Notes: a model not told the origin generated them from the letters alone. A stretch of DNA of 64,000 nt from Octopus vulgaris (GCA_951406725.2 OX597829.1:54312001-54376000), one strand, 5' to 3'; shown: positions 25,531-37,625, counted from the first letter of the stretch. Translations and numbers: made by a program.

Positions 25531-25944
25531 CAAAATAACAGCTTTTTGTAAAGTAACAATAATAACATTAATCTGTGAATAAACATGTTAACAAGGGTGG
25601 CGACAGCTGGCAGAAACATTAGTACACCAAGCGAAATGCTTAGCAGTATTTTGCCTTTCTTTACATACCAAGGTCAGCTTTGTTTTTCATCGTTCCAGGG
25701 TCGATAGATTAAGTACTAGTTGTGTACTGGGGTCGATCTAAGCAACTGGCCCACTCCCACCAAAATTTCGGGCTTTGTGTTTTGTGTTGAAAAGAATAAA
25801 CATATTAACAAAACCTAAACCTTGTAATGAAGTTTTGTTTGGGAGCAGTATGCTGCCAGATCAAACCATCCACCTCCCAACCAACTCCACACATTCACTA
25901 AATATCAAAGAATTAAGAGAGTACTATTTCATGAGTTTAGAGTA

Positions 25945-26167
25945 CAGTGATCCCTCACCATATCGTGGTTCACTTATCATGGTTTATTATTTAAGCTTAC
26001 GTTGATTCCTCTGTAGTGTTATTTTACATTTATAATAAAATAAATATACACAAATAATAAAAATAATAACAAAAAATATACAGGACAGTACTGTTTCTAC
26101 TTTGCAGATTTTCACCTACCATGGGGTTACTTTGGAACGTACACTCGCAATATTTGAGGAATTATTA
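25945..26167. mobile_element. Tigger/pogo-like MITE
   Basis: ta|cagtgatccctcaccatatcgtgg with a decayed opposite TIR ctcgcaatatttgaggaattatta|ta. Confidence 0.6.
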
Positions 26168-26170
26168 TAT

Positions 26171-27369
26171 TGCCACGGAATCACCCGTCGTCGCCGCTCG
26201 CCCCGAACGGCACAATCTCGCCACGGAACCCAAAGAGGCGGAGAGAGGAGATACAGATAGATACTGCCACAACCCCAACAGCACAGAGATACAGAGGCAC
26301 AACCCGAGATACAACCCAAAGAGAGGCAAGGCAACAGAGACACTGGCTACACTTCAAACAACAGTTTATACGACAATCAATGGTTACAACATCAAATATA
26401 TTTAAGGCAGACATTTAAAGGAAGACATGCACGTGACTACTCAATACATCATACAACAGATCAATGCATAATACAACAGCAATTCATGTAACAATTCAAA
26501 GTTCACGTCCGAAGACACAGTTCTCTTAAAGTCTCTTTCTGAACATCACAGATAAAGTCACATCAACAAGTCCTTTACTCAATTCTGAACATAAATACCA
26601 CAACTCGATAATCGACATATCGACAGAGTCTCTGACTGTTCTCTTCACTGTTCAATACACAAATCACATACCTTAATTCCTAATTGAATCTGCCAGTGTC
26701 CCATTCCTCTCAATCCTGCTAATTCCTCTGAATACTGCTAAATCCTTCTGTACATATTCCCTCTGCACATATCCCAATCAGTGCCGCCAAGCTATCGCAT
26801 CCCAGCTCGCTCCCAAGAATTCCAACGCTTCCAAGATTCCATCCACTCGCTCTGACCTCCAGAGTCCGTCTCTCTTCTTCGACGACCAGCCACGAACTCC
26901 AAGATCCGTCTGTGCTCCTCGACGACCGCTCAACGACTGCCCTTCTTGACGACCAACTGCGAACCACCAGACCTCACTTCGTCTCTGTCCTTCTTCCACT
27001 CCCCTCATCTCCCTCTGTCTATATCGCTCTTACCCTTTCTAACTGCCCTGGTCCTTATACCCTATCTATATCGCCTGCTGTCTCTTAGCCTTTCTATTTG
27101 CTATCTGATTCCTTACTCTATCTATATCGCCTGCTGTCTCTTAGCCTCTCCATCCGTCCCCTACTGCTTATACCCTATCTCTATTTGCTCTCAGCCCTTA
27201 ATCTGTCCCTTTTCTCTTACTTCTTCACTGACCCTTTCTCGACCGGCACAAGGGCAAAGGTCCTTCCAAAACCCATTAAACAAGAACCTGTCACATTTTC
27301 ACCAGACATGATGGTGCCATTATTCTTATGTGGGTCAACAGAAACACTGCACTAGTTAAACCCGTAACA
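26171..27369 (-). repeat. 3' LTR (1199 bp)
   Basis: Direct repeat of 29365-30565; internal about 55-bp repeats ctatctatatcgcctgctgtctcttagcct. Confidence 0.95.
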
Positions 27370-27382
27370 CTACCCCCTACCT
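27370..27382 (-). promoter_or_regulatory. Polypurine tract
   Basis: Minus strand AGGTAGGGGGTAG immediately before TGTTAC of the 3' LTR. Confidence 0.85.
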
Positions 27383-27499
27383 AAGCTTTTGTCGACCCGA
27401 CAAAGCATAAGAAACCCGCAGCTCCGAGGGCGAGCTCCAGCAGACGCTCCAGGAACTGGAGGTCCCCTTGGGTGGCTTCTCCTCCGGGGATCTCACCTC

Positions 27500-28411
27500 C
27501 TACGGCCACCACTTCAGCACCAGCCACAGGTTGGCACCTTCCCTCTGCGGCTTGGGCAACACATCCGCCAGGCTTCCTGCTAGCCGCCCACAATAGGCGC
27601 ACCGTCCGAGGAAGTTCCTCAAATCCCTTACACAGGAAGGGTCCGGCCAATCCTTCACAGTGGCCACCTTCCTCAGGGCTCTATAACCCACGTAGCACCT
27701 CGCTGTGCCATCCCCATTCCGCGCAATTATCGCTGACGACCACGGACCATTCCGCTTTTCCACTGTTCCCCGTCGCCGATATCTCCTCTTGCGCTGCCGT
27801 ACTGGGACTTTCCTCCGGCCTCGCTGCTTCCTCAAGCAACGACCGCCTTGGTCGACGAAACGTTCTGCCAGGTCCGTGCGACCAGCATCCAACAACCCTC
27901 GCGACCAACGTCCTGCACTTTTCACCAACGGTTGCTTCTTCCGCAACTGCATCAGCGGACCACGATCTCCCTTAACTTCATCACTGCACCGGCAGAACTG
28001 ACCCCGCCGCTGGTTTAACGTCCGGCGCAGTTCCACGATTTGCCCTCTGCAAATCGCCTGCGCAGCCTTCAACAACTCGGCCGACCCAACCAGCGCTCTG
28101 TCAGCTTCTGCCTCCACCAGGGTCCAGCCGACCCTCAATTGAGCTCTTACTCCGCACTGCATGTCGGGCTCCACCGGCCCCACGCAACCATCGAACACAG
28201 CGCCCCCCCAAGTGCCAACAAAGCACCAGCGACTCCTTGCGGACCGCTTCCTCAACTGCATCCGTGGGCCACCACCTCCTTCCACTGCGTTGCCGTATCG
28301 GCAGAACTGGCCCCCACCACTGGTTCGCCATCTGGCACGATTCCTCGATTTGCCTTCTGCAAATCGCCTGTGCCACTTCCAAAAGATCGGCCGACCCAGC
28401 CAGCGCTCCAC
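27500..28411 (-). pseudogene. pol remnant: linker repeat 2 plus RT N-terminus fused to the RT C-terminal/connection region
   Basis: GPWSSAIIARNGDGTARCYVGYRAL resembles SPWSSPxVLVxKKDGxxRFCVDYRxL; KVATVKDWPDPSCVRDLRNFLGRCAY resembles KVxAIxxWPxPxxVxELRSFLGLxxYY; no YxDD. Confidence 0.75.
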
Positions 28412-29336
28412 CAGCTTCTGCTTCCACTAGGGTCCACCCGACCCTCAATCGAGCTTTCACTAGGCACTGCCTGTCGGGCTCCACCGGCCCCAAGCAACCA
28501 TCAACCACAAAGCTCACCCAACGCTGAAGCAGTCTTCCTGGTCTCAGTGGACCCACCACCGTTCGCAGCCGTCTCGCCTCGTCAATGGGCCTGGTCCTTC
28601 TCCTCACCAGCTTCCGTACCGCAGGCCTCACAACACGCACGCTCGGCCGCCAGTCCATCCACGCCTGCGGCCTCTCCACAGTGGGAACCATACAGTCCTT
28701 CTGGGCCCCAAGAGACAGGAGTCCAGACACCAAAGGACTCGCACACGGCACAACACCTGCCGCGACCATCACACACAGAGCCGGAACCTCGGACTCAGCG
28801 ACATTCGCCCCAGACCTCGCCATCTCTTCGTCCTGAGCTCCGAGAGACAGGGGTCGAGATGCCAAGGGCTCCAGACACGGAACAACAGCATCAGCCATAA
28901 CACCTTCAACAGGCCTTTTGGTTACTTCAACCTCTACGGGTTCCAAATCACAAGATTTCTTGGGTACAGCGTCACAAATTTCGGCAACCAGCCCAGGTTC
29001 CGCAAACACAGCCGGTCCAGCATCACAGATTTCGGCAACACTTCCTTCACTATCTGTTTCCCTCGATGCTTCGTTCGACGGGCAATCTCTGCCCACAGGA
29101 CCGTCGCTATCCTCGGTCCAACACCGATCCTTCAAAGCTGACCCATCCGCAACCTCAAGCTCCCGCTGATCTGCCCACAGGCCCTGTCGCCTCTCGTCCA
29201 TCCTTTCCATGAACGCATCCGTCTGCGCCATCTGGCCCCTTAACATCTCCACAATCAGGGCAAGCGAAATCCCCTCGTCTCCGGTCTGACAACCAGACAA
29301 ATCCATAGCGAAAAAGAACCGATCGAAATGCAGCAA
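28101..29336 (-). CDS. 411-aa ORF starting just after the PBS (gag-position protein plus linker repeat 1)
   Basis: Open for 1.2 kb from the PBS; helical N-terminus (LIVEMLRGQMAQTDAFMERMDERRQ); no zinc knuckle, protease or integrase seen. Confidence 0.5.
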   Translation of the reverse strand: MLHFDRFFFAMDLSGCQTGDEGISLALIVEMLRGQMAQTDAFMERMDERRQGLWADQRELEVADGSALKDRCWTEDSDGPVGRDCPSNEASRETDSEGSVAEICDAGPAVFAEPGLVAEICDAVPKKSCDLEPVEVEVTKRPVEGVMADAVVPCLEPLASRPLSLGAQDEEMARSGANVAESEVPALCVMVAAGVVPCASPLVSGLLSLGAQKDCMVPTVERPQAWMDWRPSVRVVRPAVRKLVRRRTRPIDEARRLRTVVGPLRPGRLLQRWVSFVVDGCLGPVEPDRQCLVKARLRVGWTLVEAEAGGALAGSADLLEVAQAICRRQIEESCQMANQWWGPVLPIRQRSGRRWWPTDAVEEAVRKESLVLCWHLGGRCVRWLRGAGGARHAVRSKSSIEGRLDPGGGRS

Positions 29337-29344
29337 TCAGGACA

Positions 29345-29362
29345 ATCCCACTTCTGACACCA
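29345..29362 (-). promoter_or_regulatory. Primer-binding site complementary to the tRNA-Leu 3' end
   Basis: TGGTGTCAGAAGTGGGAT, 2 nt inside the 5' LTR, matches the tRNA-Leu 3' end ATCCCACTTCTGACACCA. Confidence 0.9.
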
Positions 29363-29364
29363 GT

Positions 29365-30565
29365 TGTTACGGAATCACCCGTCGTCGCCCGTCCCGAACG
29401 GCTCGCACAAGTTCCGCCACGGAACCCAAAGAGGCGGAGAGAGGAGATACAGATAGATACTGTCACAACCCCAACAGCACAGAGATACAGAGGCACAACC
29501 CGAGATACAACCCAAAGAGAGGCAAGGCAACAGAGACACTGGCTACACTTCAAACAACAGTTTATACGACAATCAATGGTTACAACATCAAATATATTTA
29601 AGGCAGACATTTAAAGGAAGACATGCACGTGACTACTCAATACATCATACAACAGATCAATGCATAATACAACAGCAATTCATGTAACAATTCAAAGTTC
29701 ACGTCCGAAGACACAGTTCTCTTAAAGTCTCTTTCTGAACATCACAGATAAAGTCACATCAACAAGTCCTTTACTCAATTCTGAACACAAATACCACAAC
29801 TCGATAATCGACACATCGACAGAGTCTCTGACTGTTCTCTTCACTGTTCAATACACAAATCACATGCCTTAATTCCTAATTGAATCTGCCAGTGTCCCAT
29901 TCCTCTCAATCCTGCTAATTCCTCTGAATACTGCTAAATCCTTCTGTACATATTCCCTCTGCACATATCCCAATCAGTGCCGCCAAGCTATCGCATCCCA
30001 GCTCGCTCCCAAGAATTCCAACGCTTCCAAGATTCCATCCACTCGCTCTGACCTCCAGAGTCCGTCTCTCTTCTTCGACGACCAGCCACGAACTCCAAGA
30101 TCCGTCTGTGCTCCTCGACGACCGCTCAACGACTGCCCTTCTTGACGACCAACTGCGAACCACCAGACCTCACTTCGTCTCTGTCCTTCTTCCACTCCCC
30201 TCATCTCCCTCTGTCTATATCGCTCTTACCCTTTCTAACTGCCCTGGTCCTTATACCCTATCTATATCGCCTGCTGTCTCTTAGCCTTTCTATTTGCTAT
30301 CTGATTCCTTACTCTATCTATATCGCCTGCTGTCTCTTAGCCTCTCCATCCGTCCCCTACTGCTTATACCCTATCTCTATTTGCTCTCAGCCCTTAATCT
30401 GTCCCTTTTCTCTTACTTCTTCACTGACCCTTTCTCGACCGGCACAAGGGCAAAGGTCCTTCCAAAACCCATTAAACAAGAACCTGTCACACTTTTACCA
30501 GACATGATGGTGCCATTATTCCTATGTGGGTCAACAGAAACACTGCACTAGTTAAACCCGTAACA
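29365..30565 (-). repeat. 5' LTR (1201 bp)
   Basis: TGTTACGG...CCGTAACA; followed by the ATAT TSD. Confidence 0.95.
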
Positions 30566-30784
30566 ATATTATACTCCTTAAGAAGCACCTTTCTTTTGAA
30601 GTTGTCAAATATAACTGGAAAATTTATCTCACTGACCTCAACAATAATTTGGAGGAGAAATACTGAGCATACAAAGGAATGGTTTTGCTAAGGTATGTTT
30701 CCTGGAAAATTAAGAATGGTGTCAATGTTATCAGAACGTTCAATTTCTCTTAGACTCATGGCTAAGATCTCTTCTCATATTTAC

Positions 30785-33655
30785 AATTTTTGAATATATT
30801 TTCAAATTCTTATTTTATTTTCAAATTTTCAATTTATTTTCAATTTTCAAACGTATTTTCAATTTTTAAATTTATTTTCAGTTTTTAAATTTATTTTCAA
30901 TTTTTCAATTTACTTTCAATTTTTCTAATTATTTTCAATTTTCAAATTTAATTTTGAATTTTAACATCTGTGGCTGTGTGGTAAGTCGCTTGCTTAAGAA
31001 CCACATGGTTCCGGGTTCAGTCCCACTGCATGGCACCTTAGGCGAGTGTCTTCTACTATAGCCTCAGGTCAACCAAAGTCTTGTGAGTGGATTTGGTTGA
31101 CGGAAACTGAAAGAAGCTCGTCGTATATATGTATATATATATATATGTGTGTGTGTGTGTTTGTGTTTGTGTGTGTGTGTGTGTGTTCATGTGTGTGTGT
31201 GTGCTTCTGTGTTCGTCCCTCCCACCATCACTTCATAACTAATGCTGGTGTGTTTACGTCCCCATAACTTAGTGGTTCAGCAAAAGGGTTCGATAGAATA
31301 AGTACTAGGCTTCCAAAGAATAAGTCCTTGGGTCGATTTGCTCGACTAAAGGTGGTGCTCCAGCATGGCCACAGTCAAATGACTGAAACAAGTAAAAGAC
31401 TAAAAGAGTAAAAGAGAATATTTTCAATTTCTGAATATATTTTCAATTTTTGAATTTCTTTCCAATTTTTTATTTATTTTCAGTTTCTGAATTTATTTTC
31501 AAGTTTTTTAATTATCCCTTTACCTTTTTACTAGTTTCAGTCATTGGACCGTGGTCATGCTGGAGCACCACCTTGTATTTATTTTCAATTTTTAAATTTA
31601 TTTTAAGCTTTTGACACTATTTTCAATTTTTAAATTTACTTTTAAATTTTAACTTCATTTTCATTTTTTAAATTTATTTTCAATATTTGAATTTAGTTTC
31701 AATTTCCAAATTTATTTTCAACTTTTTAAGTTCATTTTCAATTTTTAAATTCATTTTCAATTTTTGAATTCGTTTTCAATTTTAAAATTTACTTTTTAAT
31801 TTTTTAATTCGTTTTCAATTTTAAAGTTTATTTAAAATTTTTGAATTTATTTTGAATTTTTGAATATATTTTCAATCTTCCAATTTATTTACAATTTTTA
31901 AAATTATTTCCTATTTTTTTATATTTATTTTCAATATTTTAATTAATTTTCAATTCTTTAATTTATTTTCAAGTTTTTAAACTGTCTTTCAATTTTTGAA
32001 TTTATTTTCAATCTTTAAATTTATTTTCGAATTATAGCTCTATTTTCAATTTTTGAATTTATTTTCTATTTTTATATTTATTTTCAGTTTTTAAATTTAT
32101 TTTCAGCTTTTGAATTTATTTTCAATTTATAAATTTATTTTTTAATTTTAGCTTTATTTTCAATTTTCAATTTTTGAATTTATTCTCAATTTTTGCATTT
32201 ATTTTCAGTTTTTGAATTTAGTCTTTAATTTATTTTCAACCTTACAATTTATTTTCAATTTTTCAATATCTTTTCAAATTTTGAATTTATTTTCAATTTC
32301 TTAATTTATTTTCAAATTTTTAATTTCTGAAAATTTAAATTTATTTTCAGTTTTTGAATTCATTTTCAATTTTAAATTTATTTTCAGTTATTAAATTTAT
32401 CTTCAAGTTTTGAATTTATTTTCAATTTTTAAATTATTTTGAATTGTTGAAATTTATTTTCAATTTTTAATTCTTTTTTCCAGTTTCTCAATTTATTTTC
32501 AGTTAATGCAATTATAAAATTTATTTACGGTTTTTCAATTTATTTTTGACTTTATTTTCAATTTTTAAGTTTATTTTCTACTTTTTAATTTATTTTCAAT
32601 TTCTTAATTTATTCTGAATGTTTAATTTTTTTTTCAATTTTTAAACATATTTTCAATTTTTGAATTTATATTCAATTTTTAATTTTATTTTCAATTTCTA
32701 AATTAATTTTCAGCTTTTGAATTTATTTTCAATTTTTAAATTTATTTTCAAATTTTAACTTTATTTTCAACCTTTGAACTTATTTTCAATGTTCAAATTA
32801 ATTTTCAATTTTTGAATTTATTTCCAGTTTTTGAGTTCATATTAAATTTTATAATTTATTTTCCATCTTCTAAATTTATTTTCAATTTTTAAATTTATCT
32901 GAAATTTTAAAATTTATTTTCTGTTTTTGAATTTAAATTTAATTTCTAAATTTATTTTTATTTTAAAATTTATTTTCATTTAAAAAAAATTAATTTTCAA
33001 TTTTTAAATTTAGTTTCAATTCTTAAATTTTTCTTCAATTTTCCAATTTATTTTCCATTTTTAAATTTATATTTAGTTTTAAATTATATTTTCAATTTTT
33101 CAATTCATTTTCATTTTTAAACTTTATTTTCAATTTTTGAATTTATTTTCAGTTTTTAAACTTATTTTCAATTGTTAAGTTTATTTACTATTTTCTGAAT
33201 TTATTTTTAGTTTTTAAATATAGTTTCGATCTTTAACTTTATTTTTGAATTTTAACTTTATTTTCAATTTTAAATTTAATTTCTATTTTTGAATTCATTT
33301 TCAATTTTTGACTATAGTTTCAATTTTTTAGTTTCTTTTCAATTTTTATATTCATTTTCAATTTTTGATATTTATTTTCAATTTTTAAAATTTATATTCA
33401 ATTTAAAAATATATTTTCAATTTTTAAAAATTTATTTTCAAATTTTTAATTTATTTTCAATTTTTATGTTTATTTTCAATGTTTAAATTTATTTTTAGCT
33501 TTTGAATTTATTTTCAATTTTTAAATTTATTTTCGAATTTTAACTTTATTTTCAAATTTTAGCTTATTTTCAAATTTTAAATTTACTTTCAATTTTTTTA
33601 GTTTATTATCAATTTTTAATCTATTTTCAAATTTTGAATTTATTTTCAATTTTAT
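30785..33655. repeat. AT-rich about 20-bp satellite (AATTTATTTTCAATTTTTRA)n, interrupted by SINEs
   Basis: More than 100 degenerate units; SINE A at 30969-31418 and a tail fragment at 31519-31574. Confidence 0.92.
30969..31418 (+). mobile_element. tRNA-derived SINE, family A
   Basis: tggctgtgtggtaag, ggttcagtcc, internal (TA)/(TG), tail aaaagagtaaaagag. Confidence 0.9.
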
Positions 33656-34265
33656 ATCATCATCATCATCGTTTAATGTCCGTTTTCCATGCTAGCATGG
33701 GTTGGATGGTTCAACTGGGGTCTGGGAAACCAGAAGGCTGCACCAGGCCCAGTCTGATCTGGCAGTATTTCTACAGCTGGATGCCCTTCCTAATGCCAAC
33801 CACTCCGTGAGTGTAGTGGGTCCTTTTTACGTGCCACCTGCACAGGTGCCAGACTAGGCTGGCAAATGGCCACGATCCAATGGTGCTTTTTACATGCCAC
33901 CGGCACGGGGGTGAGACGAGGCTGGCAATGGCCACAATCGGATGGTGCTTTTTACGTTCCACCGGCACGGAGGCCAGTCAGGGGGGCGCTGGCAACGGAC
34001 ATGTTCGGATGGTTCTTTTACATGCCACCGGCACTGGTATCACAGCTACAATTTCCATTGATGTTGATCAATTTCGATTTTGATTTTCACTTGCCTCAAC
34101 AGGTCTTCACAAGTAGGGTTTGTGTCACAAGAAGGAAAGATATGCATAAGTGGACTCGCTACATCCCAGGTAGAGGCCACGGGTTATAGTCTCACTTGTC
34201 CTGCCGGGTCTTCCCACACACAGCATACTTCCAAAGGTCTCGGTCTCTGGTCATTTCCTCGGTGA
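33656..34265 (-). mobile_element. PHD-RTE LINE 3' end
   Basis: (CAT)n tail, ccatgctagcatgg palindrome, UTR repeat units and DRDLWKYAV. Confidence 0.88.
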
Positions 34266-34464
34266 GTATTAGACTATGTATTAGACTAATTTATAACCTT
34301 TGATTCAAAAATATTTCCTTCAGTTTTTTTCTCTACCCTTGCTATAATATATCAGCTGAACTTCTTTTCTGTGATTTATACCTTTGAAAGAATGTGGCCA
34401 TAGTGAAACACTTTATTGACGTTTGGGTATTCATTTACTTGTATATATACATGCATGCACATAT

Positions 34465-34520
<56 letters not shown>

Positions 34521-35087
34521 GCACACACACACACACACATACTCTGGCAGGTGATTCAGGTGTGCAAAATCATGAGGAAGAGTGACACATCCTCAAATGG
34601 CTATGTAAACTGATTCTTGGCTCAACAGGACTTTCCTTCCTATCTACACTTAGTCAGTTCATGCAGTCCAGTCACACAGTTTAGACTTGGAAGTCTGACC
34701 ATTGTGGCTCAGCAGGCTTGGACAGCTGCAGTGACCAGCGAGCAGTAAAGTCTTTTTATATTGGAGTGGGCTTACAGGGTTGGAATTGCCAGAAGGGCGT
34801 CAAAGATGGCACCAGATTGCCTGAGTGACTCTACCTCTTGAATTATTGTTTGTTCCTACATGGCAGTGAGTAGTGTTTATTATGTTGAGCATGAAAATTT
34901 TTTACAGTGGTGCTTCCGACAAATGGCATTCTTTATGTAATTTAGGAAGGAAATATCTTGCTAACATATTGGGACAGTTTCAGATCATATGTGTAATGCT
35001 TTTACCCATATACGTGACATAACCAAAAGTTTTGTAGCATTTGATGAAACACATCCTCTCTCTCTGACATATATATATTACAAATAA

Positions 35088-36078
35088 TGTCGTGGCAGAT
35101 AGCAGCCATCTTTCGGGTGTTTAGGACCAGTTATGTCCGCTGCTCTGATTGGTTGGTTTTGGTGCAGTTTTATCTCTGCTTTATTTCGTGCCAATGTGTA
35201 AACCAACCAATCGCAACCTTCAGATAAGGTCCTGTGACACTGTTTTTCTAATGTCTTGTTTGAGCCAACTAAACCCTTTAAAAAGGCTAGATTGACAGAC
35301 CATTTCGTCTTTGGTTCTAGTCCTTATTAGGACTAACCTCTGACCACAGAGCAACTCAGCTATGTTCCAGTGACAGCCAGTTCCAGCAACAGACAACAAC
35401 GACACCAACACCAACATGCAGCAACTCAGGACTTTTCTCCACTGTCACCTTAAGCTTATCGTCGCCCTTCAACTTCACATCATCTCCACCAACATCAATA
35501 TGTACACACCAACACCAACATCGTTCCAGGTTTAACTTCACTCTGTTTGTGAATACTCACCAAGGTTAACAGCTCCAGTCTACCTGTGAGAACTTTCTGT
35601 ACCAAAGTAACCTGGCATAGGATAGAAGCCACAACCACTACAAAACATGTGTTCAACCGGCTCTCCACTTTGCCTCAACTTCATTGATACAGAACCTTTG
35701 CTATGAACTGGTATTTATCAACATCTTGTCTGAACATTCATTTTGGTATCCTGAGAAACACATTTTCTATTGTTCTTTATTATTCTGTACACACTTACAA
35801 CGCACTCACGAACACACATACACACACTTGTCGCACTCGTAGACAAACACTCTGCTCCTCACGAACACATCTGCAAATGGAGTCTTCTCTCTTATACATT
35901 ATATGGTTGTGTTTCTTTCCTTATTCTTTCTTGGCACTGGTATTCTTTTATCCCATGTATTTTGGCTTCTTTTCTAGGTGTCCGTGCGGTGTTTAAAAAG
36001 GAGACATTCATCACCGTCTCCTTTACATATGATCACTCTTCAGTTTTGTAGACATTTTGTTAGTGAACTTCCAAGACA
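35088..36078. mobile_element. Possible solo LTR (about 990 bp)
   Basis: TGTCGTGG...CCAAGACA imperfect inverted ends and inverted CCAAT boxes; no TSD found. Confidence 0.35.
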
Positions 36079-36233
36079 TCAGTTTTAGACATTATATTAT
36101 GTCTCTTTATTTATTTTTTTAAAAAACAATTATAACAATATACATACATGTATAACATATTATGCTTTACATATATAATATATAAAAATATTAGTAATTA
36201 TTAAAATATATAACTTAGAGCATAGAAAGTAGA

Positions 36234-36364
36234 ATAATTTCTTACAGCTGTTTCAGCCAAGAGGCCATAGTACCCACTTTATTTCCATCCCTTAAGTGAA
36301 CTGAAGTATTTGGTAGATAAGATTAAGTTACTTGGGTGTGTCTCTGGGCTTCGTCAGAGAGTTT
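36234..36364 (-). ncRNA. Minimal type I hammerhead ribozyme motif (Penelope-type terminal repeat)
   Basis: Minus strand tct-CTGACGA-agcc...ggct-GAAAC-AGCT-GTA-aga; the same 3' half (ggccGAAACAGCTGTAAGA) occurs at 23-41 on +. Confidence 0.6.
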
Positions 36365-36488
36365 AGAAAGTTCATAAGGTTAAGTTATAAATATAAATTC
36401 ATACATATATCACACTTTTACATATGCATACATATATATATATAAACATACATAAACAAAAACATATATATATTTATATGTATATGTA

Positions 36489-36507
36489 TATGCATACAAA
36501 GGAATCA

Positions 36508-36567
<60 letters not shown>

Positions 36568-37570
36568 TAGTTTTATTTTTATAGCGTGCTTTCACTTCAC
36601 TACCGAGCGCAGCTCTGTGTGCCTTGGGTATGTGCTGTGATTTGTTGTGATGCTCTGATGGTTATTGTATGGAAAGTGTTCTGCGTAGGATGTGTGCAGT
36701 GCCTAGTAGTGCAATTTTCTGTATGTTATATGTGTTTGTAAGTCCTGGTGTTTTTGTTATGTATTTGTCTGAATATTTTTTTATCATGCCTAATGCACCT
36801 ACTATGATAGGAATTGTTTCTGTTTTCAGGTTCCACATTCTAGTTATCTCTATTTCCAGGTCTTTGTATTTTGAGAGTTTCTCCATTTCTTTTAGAGACA
36901 CGTTGTCATCTGCCGGTATTGATACATCAATTAGAAAGCATTTTTTTCTTCATGATCTCTGACAACTATATCTGGTCTGTTGGCCTTAATTTCTCTATCT
37001 GTGTGTATCGGCATATCCCAGAGTATGGTTGCTTTCTCGTTTTCTGTGACCTTTTCTGGTGTGTGCCTATACCATCTTTTTTCTGTTGTTATTCCATAAT
37101 GTTGGCATAGCTTCCAATGTATGTAGGTTCCAACTCTGTCATGTCTGTGAATATATTCCTTCTTAGCCAGGACTGGGCAGCTAGAGATAATATGATTTAT
37201 TGTTTCTTGTCCATCTCCACATATTCTGCAGTTACTTGTAATATTTCTTTTCATTACATGTTTTTGGTAATTTCTGGTGGGGAGGCTTTGGTCTTGTGCT
37301 GCAATTAAAAATCCCTCTGTTTCTGCTTTGAGTCCTGAGCTTCTCAACCATTGCTGGGATTTTTCTTTGTCTATTTCTTTTGCGTTTAGTTTAGTGCAGT
37401 ATTTACCATGAAGGGGCTTTTCTTGCCATCGTTTTATCATGGCTCGTTGCTGTTCTATTTTTAGTTTGGATTTCATTTGTTTTATAGCTTTTGTTGTTTC
37501 TTCATCATCTGCTTCTTCTTCTTTGTGTTTATTAGGTGGTATGATTTCTTGTTTGTATTTGTCAGCTTCC

Positions 37571-37625
<55 letters not shown>

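Larger units (their letters stand above)
26171..30565 (-). mobile_element. Non-autonomous Gypsy-type LTR retrotransposon, structurally complete
   Basis: LTRs at 26171-27369 and 29365-30565 (TG...CA, near-identical), 4-bp TSD ATAT, PBS and PPT oriented on the minus strand, and a 2-kb GC-rich interior with RT remnants. Confidence 0.95.

Noticed and set aside
27472-28900. Plus-strand ORFs of 167 and 286 aa in the LTR interior
   Set aside because: Antisense shadows of GC-rich minus-strand coding remnants; the PBS and PPT define the minus orientation.
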